The notes under the pieces were generated by a model. That model had not been told where the DNA came from. It saw nothing but the letters and a program-made list of their open reading frames with translations, and did not search any database. The position numbers were made by a program, and so were the translations under genes. A stretch of DNA of 64,000 nucleotides. It comes from an uncultured Gemmatimonadales bacterium. GTDB taxonomy: Bacteria > Gemmatimonadota > Gemmatimonadetes > Gemmatimonadales > GWC2-71-9. Shown in pieces: positions 45,506 to 55,170 of this stretch; the first letter of the stretch is position 1, and each line of letters starts with the position of its first letter. The stretch lies in NCBI GenBank assembly GCA_963771275.1, contig CAVYSW010000010.1, positions 256,001-320,000 on the forward strand. Reading direction: 5' to 3'.

Positions 45506-46975
45506 TTAGGGCCGCCACGATGGCGCCGTCAGCCCGCAACGGGGTCGCAGGGTGAGCGTCAGGCCATCGCTCAAGCGAATCACCTCGAGGCAGCCGGTGC
45601 CTGCCCCCACCGCCACGATCCACTCGCCGCTCGGAGACCAGTCGAAGCCTTGCAGGTACTGGCGTGCGGGGGCAGACACCAGGCGCCTGCCGCTTCCATC
45701 GGGCCGAATCACCCAGATTCCAGCATCCACGAAGCCGATCAAGGAGTCACCCGGTGACCAGCGGGGTGACAGTGCGGAGGGGGCCAACGAGTCGATGGCT
45801 CCCGTCCCCGCGTGGAGCACCCGCAAGCCGAGGTTCGGATAGCAACACCGATTGGTGAGGTACGCTACACGCAGGCCGTCGGCGGATGGGGCGGGCTGCG
45901 CATCGATGTCGTAGTAGCCGCTCGGCGGTCCGATCAGTTCGGGGTTGGCCCCATCGGGCCGGACGCGCCAGATTGCCTGGTTCTGATGGTCGCTTCGCCC
46001 CCCAAAGTAGATCGTCCGTCCGTCGCCACTGAACTGGGGACGGTACTCGGACTGGAGGCCCGTGGTGGTGGAGATCAGGCGGCGCACGGGACCGCCCAGC
46101 CCGGTCACGTACAGCCAAGAGTCGTAGTCGGACGATGCAAAGACCAGCGTGTCGCCCGTCGCGTTCCAATCCACCCAGACGGCGGTCGGGCCCGGGGCTG
46201 TACTGACGGTCTGGAAGTGCGAGCCGTCGAGGTCCATGGTGACGAGCGAGGTGCCCCACACCGCTGCCACCGTGCCGCGCGGCGCTACGGTGGCCCACAG
46301 CGTGTCGGCCAGCCCACCGGCCGCCGCCATGCGGATGCGCTCCTGCCCGATCGTCGCGCCCGTCACCGAGCCCGCCGCCGTGACGGTCGCGTGCCCACTG
46401 TCGGCCACGAAGCTCACCGGATCGGGTCGGTCATTGCCGTATCGATCGAGGACACCACCGCGGAGCGCGTAGCTGGCGCCGACGCACACCACGGTGTCCT
46501 CGGGCGCACCGAGCAAGCGCACGCCATGGCCCGGCAGAATGGCATACGCGGCCGTGTCCGTGTACCCCAGCTCTGGCACGGTGACCTCGACCCCGCCAGG
46601 ACCGGCGACGGGCCCGAGCGCGATCAGCGCCCGGGCGCGGCCCCTGTCGTCAGTGGTGTCAACGGCGAGCCAGCCAGTCGGCGCCGCGTCGATCCGGCCG
46701 ACGTACACGCTGGGCTGATGGAACGGCGTGGCGGCCATGAGCGCCTGAAACCGCACGATCATCCCGCCCGTCGGCCGGCCAGCCGAATCGCGTACCGCGA
46801 CCACCAGTGCTTGTGCCAGGCGCGCGTCGACCGTGTCGGTGACCGTTGCGCCGGCGAGGACGGTGACGCCGGGCTGATCTCCGTCTGGAGGTCCCGTCCC
46901 GTCGGAGCAGGTGCTTGCGGCGAACGCGACGACGAAGGTCAAGAGACTGCGTGGAATGACGACCGGCCCGGACAT
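45506..46975 (-). CDS. Putative lipoprotein with Ig-like N-region and TolB/PD40-like beta-propeller
   Basis: AAST-C signal; repeats PQFSGDGRTIYF, PAPSADGLRVAY, PRWSPGD, DWSPSGEWI, PSWRP. Confidence 0.8.
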   Translation of the reverse strand: MSGPVVIPRSLLTFVVAFAASTCSDGTGPPDGDQPGVTVLAGATVTDTVDARLAQALVVAVRDSAGRPTGGMIVRFQALMAATPFHQPSVYVGRIDAAPTGWLAVDTTDDRGRARALIALGPVAGPGGVEVTVPELGYTDTAAYAILPGHGVRLLGAPEDTVVCVGASYALRGGVLDRYGNDRPDPVSFVADSGHATVTAAGSVTGATIGQERIRMAAAGGLADTLWATVAPRGTVAAVWGTSLVTMDLDGSHFQTVSTAPGPTAVWVDWNATGDTLVFASSDYDSWLYVTGLGGPVRRLISTTTGLQSEYRPQFSGDGRTIYFGGRSDHQNQAIWRVRPDGANPELIGPPSGYYDIDAQPAPSADGLRVAYLTNRCCYPNLGLRVLHAGTGAIDSLAPSALSPRWSPGDSLIGFVDAGIWVIRPDGSGRRLVSAPARQYLQGFDWSPSGEWIVAVGAGTGCLEVIRLSDGLTLTLRPRCGLTAPSWRP

Positions 46976-47050
46976 GAGCTTCCCCCGACGCCTATGCTGT
47001 CACGTTGCCCCGGGGCCCGCAAGCGCCCGCGCCACATGAAGGCTCTGGCG

Positions 47051-47085
47051 CGGAATCGGGAATGGCGGAATCGGGAATGGCGGAA
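47051..47085 (+). repeat. 15-bp direct repeat CGGAATCGGGAATGG x2 plus a partial unit
   Basis: Read directly in the divergent intergenic region. Confidence 0.85.
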
Positions 47086-47183
47086 GCCAGGGGTTGGACA
47101 TGCCGTCGTCGCCAGAGGTCGAAATCCGCACGGGGCCGAGCTGGGCGTGTACCGTGCTTGAGCCGCGTCCGGGCGGTCCCGCG

Positions 47184-48245
47184 GTGCAGCCGGCCGTCCG
47201 CATTCTGCTGCTGGCCGACACCCATCTGGGGATCGATCTCCCCAGGCGCCCCCGCGTCGAGCGCCGGCGGCGCGGCCACGATTTCGCCGCGAATTACGAG
47301 CGGGCGCTGCAAGCGGCGCGCGACCACGCCGTGCAGGCCGTGGTCCACGGGGGCGACCTGTTCTATCGCAGCCGCGTGCCCGCGAGCCTGGTCCAGGCGG
47401 GATTCGCGCCGCTCAAGCGCCTGGCGGACGCGGGCGTTCCCGTGTACGTCGTGCCGGGCAATCACGAACGATCGGCCATCCCGTTCCCGCTGCTCGCCGA
47501 GCACCCGCACATCCACCTGTTCGACCGCCCGCGGACGTTCACCGCGGAGTGGGACGGGATGCGCGTGGCCCTGGCGGGATTCCCGTTTCAGCGGAGCGGC
47601 GTGCGGGGGACGTTTCGCGGGCTGCTGGACGCGACGGGGTGGGAGCGCGCCGCCGCCGACGTGCGCCTGCTCTGCATTCATCAGTGCGTCGAGGGGGCGA
47701 CGGTCGGGCCGCAGAACTACACGTTCCGGCACGGCGACGACGTCGTGAGCGCGGGTGACGTGCCGGGGCGGTTCGCGGCGGTGCTCGCGGGCCACATCCA
47801 CCGGCATCAGGTGCTCACCGCCGACCTCCGCGGCCGCCCGCTCCCGACACCGGTGATCTACCCCGGGTCGATCGAGCGGACCTCGTTTGCGGAGCGGAAC
47901 GAGGAGAAGGGGTACGTGGTGCTCGAGGTGGCGGCGGCGGGCGAGCGCGGCGGCGTCCTGCGACGATGGACGTTCCATGCCCTGCCGGCCCGGCCGATGG
48001 TGATCGAGGAGATCCAGGCGGGTGGAGCCGACCGCGCCGACCTGCACCGGCTCTTGGCCGCCGCGATTCGGCGGGCCCCCGAGGACGCCGTGCTCCGCAT
48101 CCGGGTGCACGGCGTGCCGCGCCCCGGCGGCTTCGCCGCGCTCCGCGCCGGGTCCGTGCGCGCCCTCACGCCGCCGCCGATGAACGTGGAGGTGATACTC
48201 GTGGACGTGGCGCCGCGGCATCCGGCGACCCGGGAGCGTGACTGA
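47184..48245 (+). CDS. SbcD/Mre11-like metallophosphoesterase (DNA exonuclease); start uncertain (47094-47196)
   Basis: LADTHLG, HGGDLF, PGNHE, HQCVEG, AGHIH, YPGSIERTSFAERNEEKG. Confidence 0.85.
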   Translation: MQPAVRILLLADTHLGIDLPRRPRVERRRRGHDFAANYERALQAARDHAVQAVVHGGDLFYRSRVPASLVQAGFAPLKRLADAGVPVYVVPGNHERSAIPFPLLAEHPHIHLFDRPRTFTAEWDGMRVALAGFPFQRSGVRGTFRGLLDATGWERAAADVRLLCIHQCVEGATVGPQNYTFRHGDDVVSAGDVPGRFAAVLAGHIHRHQVLTADLRGRPLPTPVIYPGSIERTSFAERNEEKGYVVLEVAAAGERGGVLRRWTFHALPARPMVIEEIQAGGADRADLHRLLAAAIRRAPEDAVLRIRVHGVPRPGGFAALRAGSVRALTPPPMNVEVILVDVAPRHPATRERD

Positions 48246-48378
48246 CCGCTTCGCGTGGCGGGCCTCTCGTAACGATCTCGCGGTTGTTCTCGCGCACCGC
48301 CCTGGTGCGGCGGCCGGTGCCCGTGCTACTGTACACTCCCCAGCATCCCCGCGGACCTCGGCACCGGAGCACCGGAGC

Positions 48379-49719
48379 GTGGCTGATTCCTCGTCAGCGA
48401 TGCGCGATCTGCGCGCGGCGTTCATCCAGGCGGCGGTCTGGCACGGCCCACTCGAGCCCGCCGAGGCGATGCTGGCCGCCCATCCGGACCTGGCGGGTGG
48501 CGACATCCATACGGCGGCGATCCTGGGAGACGACGCGGCCGTGCGCCGGTTCCTCGAGCGCGATCCGGGGAGCGCCACGGCAACGAGCCCGCCGTACGGC
48601 GGCGACGCGCTCAACTACCTGTGTCTCTCCAGGTATCTCCGGCTCGATCCGGCGCGGACGGACGACTTCCTGCGCGCGGCCACGGCGCTGCTCGACGCCG
48701 GCGCCGACCCCAACACCGGCTTCTGGACCACCGGCCAGCACCCCGAGCGAGAGACCGCGCTGTACGGGGCCGCGGGCGTGGCGCACCACGAGGCGCTGAC
48801 CCGGCTGCTGCTGGCGCGCGGCGCGGACCCCAACGACGACGAAGCCGTGTATCACTCGCCGGAAACGCGCGACAACGGCGCGATGCGGGCCCTGGTCGAG
48901 ACCGGCAGGATCACGCCTGAGAACCTCGCCTTGATGCTGATTCGGAAGCACGACTGGCACGACGTCGAAGGCGCGCGCTACCTGCTGGAGCGCGGCGCCG
49001 ATCCCAATCACGCGCGGACGCGGGGCTGGCCGCCGATACATCACGCGCTGGCGCGAGACAACGTTCTGGAGATGTTCGCGCTGCTGCTCGACCACGGTGC
49101 CGACCCGTCGTCCGTCGTCGACGGCCTGTCGGGGGTCGCCCGCGCCGCGCGCGAGGGGCGAGGCGACGTGCTGGAGCTGTTCGAGCGGCGCGGCATCCCG
49201 CTCGAGCTCGATGGCGTCGACCGGTTGATCGCCGCGTGCGCGCGGGACGACGGCGCGACGGTCCGGACGGTCGTGCAGCGGGAGCCGCGCCTGGTGGGCG
49301 AAGTCCGGCTCGTGGGCGGCAGGTTGCTCGCCCGGTTCGCCGGCACCGGCAACGCGCCGGGCGTGCGACACCTGCTCGATCGGGGCGTGGACGTCCGCGC
49401 GCCGTTCGAGGAAGGCGATCCCTACTTCGGCATCCCCGAGAACAGTCTCGCGATCCACGTGGCGGCCTGGCGGGGCCACCCCGCGGTAGTGAAGCTCCTG
49501 ATCGAGCGCAGCTCGCCGGTGGACCTGCCGGACGCGAACGGTCGGACGCCGCTCGCCCTCGCCGTCCGCGCCGCCGTCGATTCGTACTGGACGGAGCGGC
49601 GCACGCCCGATTCGATCGCAGCGCTGCTTCGCGCCGGTGCCTCGCCGAGGGGGATCGCGATCCCCACCGGGTACCCGGAGGCCGACGCGTTGTTGTCCCG
49701 CCCGCGTGGTGGCGCGTAA
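48379..49719 (+). CDS. Ankyrin-repeat protein
   Basis: Repeated LLxxGADPN, IHTAAILGD, IHVAAWRGH, GRTPLALAV. Confidence 0.88.
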   Translation: MADSSSAMRDLRAAFIQAAVWHGPLEPAEAMLAAHPDLAGGDIHTAAILGDDAAVRRFLERDPGSATATSPPYGGDALNYLCLSRYLRLDPARTDDFLRAATALLDAGADPNTGFWTTGQHPERETALYGAAGVAHHEALTRLLLARGADPNDDEAVYHSPETRDNGAMRALVETGRITPENLALMLIRKHDWHDVEGARYLLERGADPNHARTRGWPPIHHALARDNVLEMFALLLDHGADPSSVVDGLSGVARAAREGRGDVLELFERRGIPLELDGVDRLIAACARDDGATVRTVVQREPRLVGEVRLVGGRLLARFAGTGNAPGVRHLLDRGVDVRAPFEEGDPYFGIPENSLAIHVAAWRGHPAVVKLLIERSSPVDLPDANGRTPLALAVRAAVDSYWTERRTPDSIAALLRAGASPRGIAIPTGYPEADALLSRPRGGA

Positions 49720-49729
49720 CGGCGGGACC

Positions 49730-51661
49730 ATGAGCGACCGACCGGACCGACCGCACTCGTCGCGCCAGCGCTACCGGCGCTTCGTGGACGCCTACCGCGC
49801 GGGCCGGCTGGACGACCCGGCGGAGGCGGGCGCGGCCGCGGCGTCCGGCGACGGCAAGCGGCGACAATTCCTGCGCAGCTACCTGCGCTGGCTCCGCCCG
49901 CACCGCTACGCCATCGGCGTCGTCTTCTTCCTCGCCCTGGTGGCCGCGGGGCTCCAGATGATCGAGCCGCTGTTCATGCGGCACATCATCGATCGGGTGC
50001 TGCTGAACCGCGCGCTGGACGGCCCGACCCGCCTGACGCGCCTCCACCTGGTGGGCGCCGTCTTCCTGGGCGTGATCATCGTCTCCAACCTGATCGGCGC
50101 TCTCAAGGACTACCGCCAGCGCCTGGTGGGCGCGCGCGTGATGCTCACACTCCGGCGCTCGCTGTTCGAGCGGCTGCTCCACCTGCCGCTCCCGGCGCTG
50201 TGGGAGATGAAGACGGGCGGCATCCTGTCGCGCCTCACCGGCGACGTGGAAACCACGACCGGGCTGCTCCAGCTCGCGGTCATCTCACCCACCATCTCGC
50301 TGATCCGCCTGGTCATCGCGGTGGTGGTGCTGATGGCGCTCAACTGGCGGCTCGCGCTCATGGCGCTCGCCATCATCCCCGGCGTCGTGTTCATCAGCTT
50401 CGTCGCGGCGCGGCGCGTCCGCCCGATCTACCGCACGCTGCGCAGGGACGTCGAGCAGATCGACGGCCGGGTGGGCGAGACGTTTGCGGGGATCCGCGTC
50501 GTCCGCGCGTTCGGGCGCGAGATCCGGGAGGTGCTGGACTACCTGCGCGGCCGGCACACCGTGGTGCGCAAGGAGATGTTCGCCCAGCGCCGGGAGATGG
50601 TGCTGTGGACCTCCTGGGGCCTGCTGCTCGGCATCGTGAACGTCGTGATCGTGTGGTACGGCGGCTACCTGAATCTCGGCGGCCGCGCCACGATCGGCGA
50701 CATCATGGCGTTCCAGTGGTACACCTTCCTGCTGCTCAACCCGGTGTGGGCCATCGTCAACTCGTTCAGCGAGCTCCAGCGCTCGCTCGCCGCGATGGAG
50801 CGGGTGTTCGCCGTGCTGGCGATGGAGGCCGACAAGCCCGACCGGCCGGATGCCCGCGACGCCCCGCCGGTGGTCGACGAGATCCGGTTCGACGGCGTTG
50901 CATTCGAGTACCGCGAGGGCCGGCCCGTGGTGCGCGACTTCGACGTCCGCGTGCCCGGCGGAACCGTCGTGGCGCTGGTGGGACGGAGCGGGGCGGGGAA
51001 GACCACGGTGACCGACCTCGTGGCGCGGTTCCACGACCCGACGGCGGGGCGCATCCTGCTCAACGGCACCGACATTCGCGACTTCCGGCTGCGATCGTAT
51101 CGCGATCTGCTCGCCATCGTCCAACAGGACGTGTTCCTGTTCGATGGCTCGGCCCGGGACAACATCGCCTACGGCCGGCCCGGCGCGTCCGACGCCGAGG
51201 TCGAGGAGGCCGCCCGGCGGGCCAACGCGCACGAGTTCATCGAGAAGCTCCCCAACGGATACGACACGTTCGTGGGCGAGCGCGGGGTGAAGCTCTCGGG
51301 CGGCCAGCAGCAGCGGCTGGCCATCGCCCGGGCCATCCTCGCCTCCCCGCAGATCCTCATCCTCGACGAGGCGACCAGCAACCTCGACACCGAGAGCGAG
51401 CAGCTCATCCAGGCGTCCATGGCGTCACTGCTCGCGGGCCGCACCACGTTCGTGATCGCGCACCGCCTCTCCACCGTCCGCCGGGCCGACGTGATCCTGC
51501 TCATGGAGGAGGGACGCGTGATCGAGCGGGGGACGCACGAGGAGCTGATGCGGGCCCGCGGGACGTACTACGCCATGGTGCAGCGCCAGATGGCGTCCGA
51601 CGGCGACGAGGGCGCGGCCCTCTGGACGGACGCGCCCGCCGGCGAGGCGTCGGCGCGGTGA
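49730..51661 (+). CDS. ABC exporter, fused permease/ATPase (MsbA/Sav1866-like)
   Basis: TM domain plus GRSGAGKTT, LSGGQQQR, ILDEATS, IAHRLST. Confidence 0.93.
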   Translation: MSDRPDRPHSSRQRYRRFVDAYRAGRLDDPAEAGAAAASGDGKRRQFLRSYLRWLRPHRYAIGVVFFLALVAAGLQMIEPLFMRHIIDRVLLNRALDGPTRLTRLHLVGAVFLGVIIVSNLIGALKDYRQRLVGARVMLTLRRSLFERLLHLPLPALWEMKTGGILSRLTGDVETTTGLLQLAVISPTISLIRLVIAVVVLMALNWRLALMALAIIPGVVFISFVAARRVRPIYRTLRRDVEQIDGRVGETFAGIRVVRAFGREIREVLDYLRGRHTVVRKEMFAQRREMVLWTSWGLLLGIVNVVIVWYGGYLNLGGRATIGDIMAFQWYTFLLLNPVWAIVNSFSELQRSLAAMERVFAVLAMEADKPDRPDARDAPPVVDEIRFDGVAFEYREGRPVVRDFDVRVPGGTVVALVGRSGAGKTTVTDLVARFHDPTAGRILLNGTDIRDFRLRSYRDLLAIVQQDVFLFDGSARDNIAYGRPGASDAEVEEAARRANAHEFIEKLPNGYDTFVGERGVKLSGGQQQRLAIARAILASPQILILDEATSNLDTESEQLIQASMASLLAGRTTFVIAHRLSTVRRADVILLMEEGRVIERGTHEELMRARGTYYAMVQRQMASDGDEGAALWTDAPAGEASAR

Positions 51662-51677
51662 GACGACCGGCGCGCCG

Positions 51678-52253
51678 TCATCGCAGACGCAGCATGAGGC
51701 CGATGCTCATCCCCGCCCCGCCCGAGCCGCCAGGCGCGCCGCCGAACGCGGTCAGGGGGACGTCCCGCCAGACCTCGGGAACCAGCAGCTGGACCGCCAT
51801 GGCGAACAGCACGGCGCCTCCCGCCGCGCCGACGATGGTGGCGGACGTCTCCCAGCGGCAGCCGGCGTCGGTCGCGCCCGCGCGACATGCCGGGTCCGCT
51901 GCCAGTGCCGTGGCGCCGAACCACGCACCCAACAGCGCACCGTAGAGTGGCGCGCCGTACAGGAGCGCGCGCGGCCGGCCGCGGTTTACCTGGAACCGCA
52001 CGAGGTTCTCGAGCGCGAAGCTCCGCGGGAACACGCCGGACCGCGGCACGATCGTGACGCTGTCCCGGCTGAACCACAGCAGGGTGCCAGCCACGAGCCG
52101 TGGCTCCTCGAACGTCTTGACGAACAGCCGAACGCGTGCGTCGGGGCGCAGGAGAGAACGCGCCTGCGCATTCGCCTCGCCGCTGCCGAGCACGGCACAC
52201 AGGACGCCGAGGAAGATCGTCAGATCCCGCCGCGCGGTCTGCACCTCCGGCAT
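51678..52253 (-). CDS. Hypothetical exported/membrane protein
   Basis: Signal-like N-terminus, small beta domain, two Gly-rich hydrophobic helices, C-terminal beta strand. Confidence 0.6.
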   Translation of the reverse strand: MPEVQTARRDLTIFLGVLCAVLGSGEANAQARSLLRPDARVRLFVKTFEEPRLVAGTLLWFSRDSVTIVPRSGVFPRSFALENLVRFQVNRGRPRALLYGAPLYGALLGAWFGATALAADPACRAGATDAGCRWETSATIVGAAGGAVLFAMAVQLLVPEVWRDVPLTAFGGAPGGSGGAGMSIGLMLRLR

Positions 52254-52438
52254 GCCCGGAGGTTACACCGAAACGGGTCGCCCCGCCGCCTGCGCAGGTC
52301 GCGCGCCGGGCGGCCGGTACGGGAGCACGGCCCTCCCGTTTGCCGCCTCCCCGCTCCGGCCTCGATGGCCGGAGCCCTGCGGCGGGGCGATATTTGCAGG
52401 GCCGGGCGGCGTATCGCCGCCAGCCTCGAGGAGCCCGC

Positions 52439-53632
52439 ATGGAAGACCTCATCTACCTGGACAATGCCGCGACCAGCTTTCCGAAACCGGACATCGTGCA
52501 CGACACCGTGCGTGATTTCTACAGCAAGAACGGGGTGAACCCGGGTCGGACGGGCTGCGATCTCGCGCTGCACGCGGAGCGGATGGTCCACGGCACCCGG
52601 ACCCGGCTGTCGGCGTTCTTCAACCGGAGTCTCGTGGAGAGCGGCCGGAAGAAGGACCCCAATCGCCTGGTGTTCACGATGAACGCCACGATGAGCCTCA
52701 ACCTGATCATCAACGGCACGGTCGGCCCCGGCGATCACGTGGTCACGACGCTGCTGGAGCACAACTCGGTGATCCGGCCGGTGAACCACAAGGTGAGGGA
52801 GGGCGCCGAGGCCACGTACGTGGTTCCCGACGATGAAGGGTACGTCGATCCCGAGGACATTCGTAAGGCGATCAAGCGCACCACCACGCTCGTCATCGTG
52901 AACCACGGCTCGAACGTCACCGGCGCGGTCCAGGACGTCAGCGCCATCGGGCGCGTCTGCCGGGACGAAGGGGTGCCGTTCGCCGTGGACGCCGCCCAGA
53001 CGGCCGGCGTGCTGCCGATCGACATGGCGGAGTGTCACATCAGCTTCCTCTCGTTCACGGGCCACAAGTGCCTGTTCGGACCGACCGGCACGGGGGGAAT
53101 CTGCGTGGCAGACGACGCGGAGCTCAAAGGCACGATCTACGGCGGCACGGGTGTCCGGAGCGCGCATCCCTATCACCTCGAGGAATACCCCTACCGGCTC
53201 GAGGCCGGGACGCTGAACCTCGCCGGCATCGCCGGTCTGTCCGCGGGGCTGGCGTGGATCGAGGGGAAGGGAAGGGAGAACCTCCAGCGACACGAGATGG
53301 CGCTGCTCGCGATGTTGCAGGATGGCCTGTCGGACATCCGGGGCGTGACGTTGTGGGGGACGAGGCGGCTCGATCGCCGGGTCGCCACGCTCTCGATGAC
53401 GGTGGAGCACTACGACCCGTCCGACGTGGGCACGCTGCTCGACGTGGACCACAACATCCTGACCCGCACCGGGCTCCACTGCGCGCCCTTGATCCACCAG
53501 CACCACGGCACCGCGCCGCGCGGCACCGTCCGGTTCTCGATCGGGCCGTTCAACACCGAGGAGCACATCGCGGCCGCGGTCGGAGCGATCGGGGAGATCG
53601 CGGCGACGCGGTCCGCGGTGGCGACCGCCTGA
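52439..53632 (+). CDS. Class V PLP aminotransferase, cysteine desulfurase / selenocysteine lyase-like
   Basis: IYLDNAATSFPKP, EHNSVIRP, DAAQTAG, FTGHK, EAGT, RTGLHCAP; GAGGAG RBS. Confidence 0.9.
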   Translation: MEDLIYLDNAATSFPKPDIVHDTVRDFYSKNGVNPGRTGCDLALHAERMVHGTRTRLSAFFNRSLVESGRKKDPNRLVFTMNATMSLNLIINGTVGPGDHVVTTLLEHNSVIRPVNHKVREGAEATYVVPDDEGYVDPEDIRKAIKRTTTLVIVNHGSNVTGAVQDVSAIGRVCRDEGVPFAVDAAQTAGVLPIDMAECHISFLSFTGHKCLFGPTGTGGICVADDAELKGTIYGGTGVRSAHPYHLEEYPYRLEAGTLNLAGIAGLSAGLAWIEGKGRENLQRHEMALLAMLQDGLSDIRGVTLWGTRRLDRRVATLSMTVEHYDPSDVGTLLDVDHNILTRTGLHCAPLIHQHHGTAPRGTVRFSIGPFNTEEHIAAAVGAIGEIAATRSAVATA

Positions 53633-53698
53633 GGCGACGCCCACGCGCGCCGACCGCCGCCGGCTCAGGAGGCCGCCCGCGAGGGAAAAGGAGACACG

Positions 53699-54604
53699 AT
53701 GAAGACGGTCGAGGGTGTTGAAATCTCGGGATATGGAAACGAGGAGCTGGCTCTGGATCTCGAGGCGTACGGTATCATCAGTCCTGCGGCTCGCGCTCAC
53801 CTCAAAGCGGCAGGACAGGCCGGAGCCAAGATCGAGATGCAACGTGAGGGAAAGGTCTGCCAGGCTGAGGTGAAGGTCGTCAAGGTCTCCCGGGATGCAT
53901 GCTTGGACCAGGCAACCGGATTGACCTCCCCGACCTACCTGACGGAATCGGTCCTCTTCGAGCTCCAGAATGCCATCAACGCAGACCGCTATGGGAGGCT
54001 TCGGAGGGAGGCGCTCGGCGGCACCATCTCCGTTCTTCAGTATGGCCTTGGCTTCGCCACCCTGGAATTCGAATCCACCGCGAAGATCGCTGCGGTCCTG
54101 AAGGAGGTGACGAAGGCCGGGAAGCCGGTATCTCCTTGGGGAGCGAAGCAGATCTCCGGGAACGCTCTCGGCGTCCAGCACTTCGTGAACGGACCGCACG
54201 ATCCCAAGGGTCCGAGCGAACAACAGCTTTCGAGCAAGCTGTTCTATGGCTACACGTACCTCGTGGATACGGTGAAGCGCGTCGCGAACATGAAACTCGG
54301 GGCCCTCAAGAAGCTGGCGACCATCAGGAAGGGGCCGAAGACGATCACCCCGTTTGAGTGGGGCAGGTTGGTGGCGGACTGGGGAACCCATTACGACGAC
54401 AAGACTCCCGCGCAGTTCCTCGTGCTGTACATCGACGCCCTGCTCTGGCTTGGCAATGAGGTGGGCTGGTCCGTGAACTGGGAAGGCGGGACGATGGCCG
54501 ACTGGAAGCTGTGCGCCACGGAATTCGTGCGCACGGTGCCACTTGTGCAACACGACCGGACTGCGACCGAGAAGATCAAGCAGAGCATCATGGCCAGGTT
54601 CTGA
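53699..54604 (+). CDS. Orphan hypothetical protein with atypical (lower-GC) codon usage
   Basis: Strong AAGGAG RBS, 301 codons, non-biased amino acid composition. Confidence 0.75.
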   Translation: MKTVEGVEISGYGNEELALDLEAYGIISPAARAHLKAAGQAGAKIEMQREGKVCQAEVKVVKVSRDACLDQATGLTSPTYLTESVLFELQNAINADRYGRLRREALGGTISVLQYGLGFATLEFESTAKIAAVLKEVTKAGKPVSPWGAKQISGNALGVQHFVNGPHDPKGPSEQQLSSKLFYGYTYLVDTVKRVANMKLGALKKLATIRKGPKTITPFEWGRLVADWGTHYDDKTPAQFLVLYIDALLWLGNEVGWSVNWEGGTMADWKLCATEFVRTVPLVQHDRTATEKIKQSIMARF

Positions 54605-54694
54605 TCCGCTCTCTGGCGCGCGGCGTGCGGGCGGCCCGGAGCCGCATCCCACCTCCCTGCGGCCCGGCTTGACGGCGGCGACCGGAAGGGTCCA

Positions 54695-54714
54695 TATTAT
54701 CGACATCGATAATA
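54695..54714. promoter_or_regulatory. Perfect palindrome TATTATCGA-CA-TCGATAATA, putative PadR operator overlapping a promoter (TTGACG at 54669)
   Basis: 9-bp AT-rich inverted repeat 15 nt upstream of padR. Confidence 0.7.
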
Positions 54715-54729
54715 CTCGGCGTCGACTAT

Positions 54730-55170
54730 ATGCCTTCCCCCACGAAACCGCCACCACGGCGCCCGGCCGTCCCCGCGCCCGGCGCGCAGCTCACCGCCCA
54801 GTCGCCGCTGTTCCACGGGCTCGTGCGGGGCCTCCTGCCGCTGTTCGTGCTGGTGCTGCTGCGTGAGGGGCCGCTGCATGGGATCGACGTGATGCGCTCG
54901 GTGGAGACGATGACGGGCGGGACGTGGAAACCCAGTCCCGGGTCGGTCTACCCGCTGCTGCGGCGGCTCGAGGAGGAAGGCCTGATCAAGGGAAGCTGGC
55001 AGCGGAGCCGCGCCGCGCCGAAGCGGGTGTATCGCCTGACCGCGCGCGGGCGGACCCAGGTCCCCGCCACCGGCCGCAGCGTGCTCAACGAGCTGTACGC
55101 GGCGCAGAAGATCGTCGACACCCACATCACGGCACTCGAGGCCGTGCTCGGTCTCCCTCCCCATGGGTAA
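54730..55170 (+). CDS. PadR-family transcriptional regulator
   Basis: LLREGPLHG, PSPGSVYPLLRRLEEEGLI, KRVYRLTARG. Confidence 0.92.
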   Translation: MPSPTKPPPRRPAVPAPGAQLTAQSPLFHGLVRGLLPLFVLVLLREGPLHGIDVMRSVETMTGGTWKPSPGSVYPLLRRLEEEGLIKGSWQRSRAAPKRVYRLTARGRTQVPATGRSVLNELYAAQKIVDTHITALEAVLGLPPHG

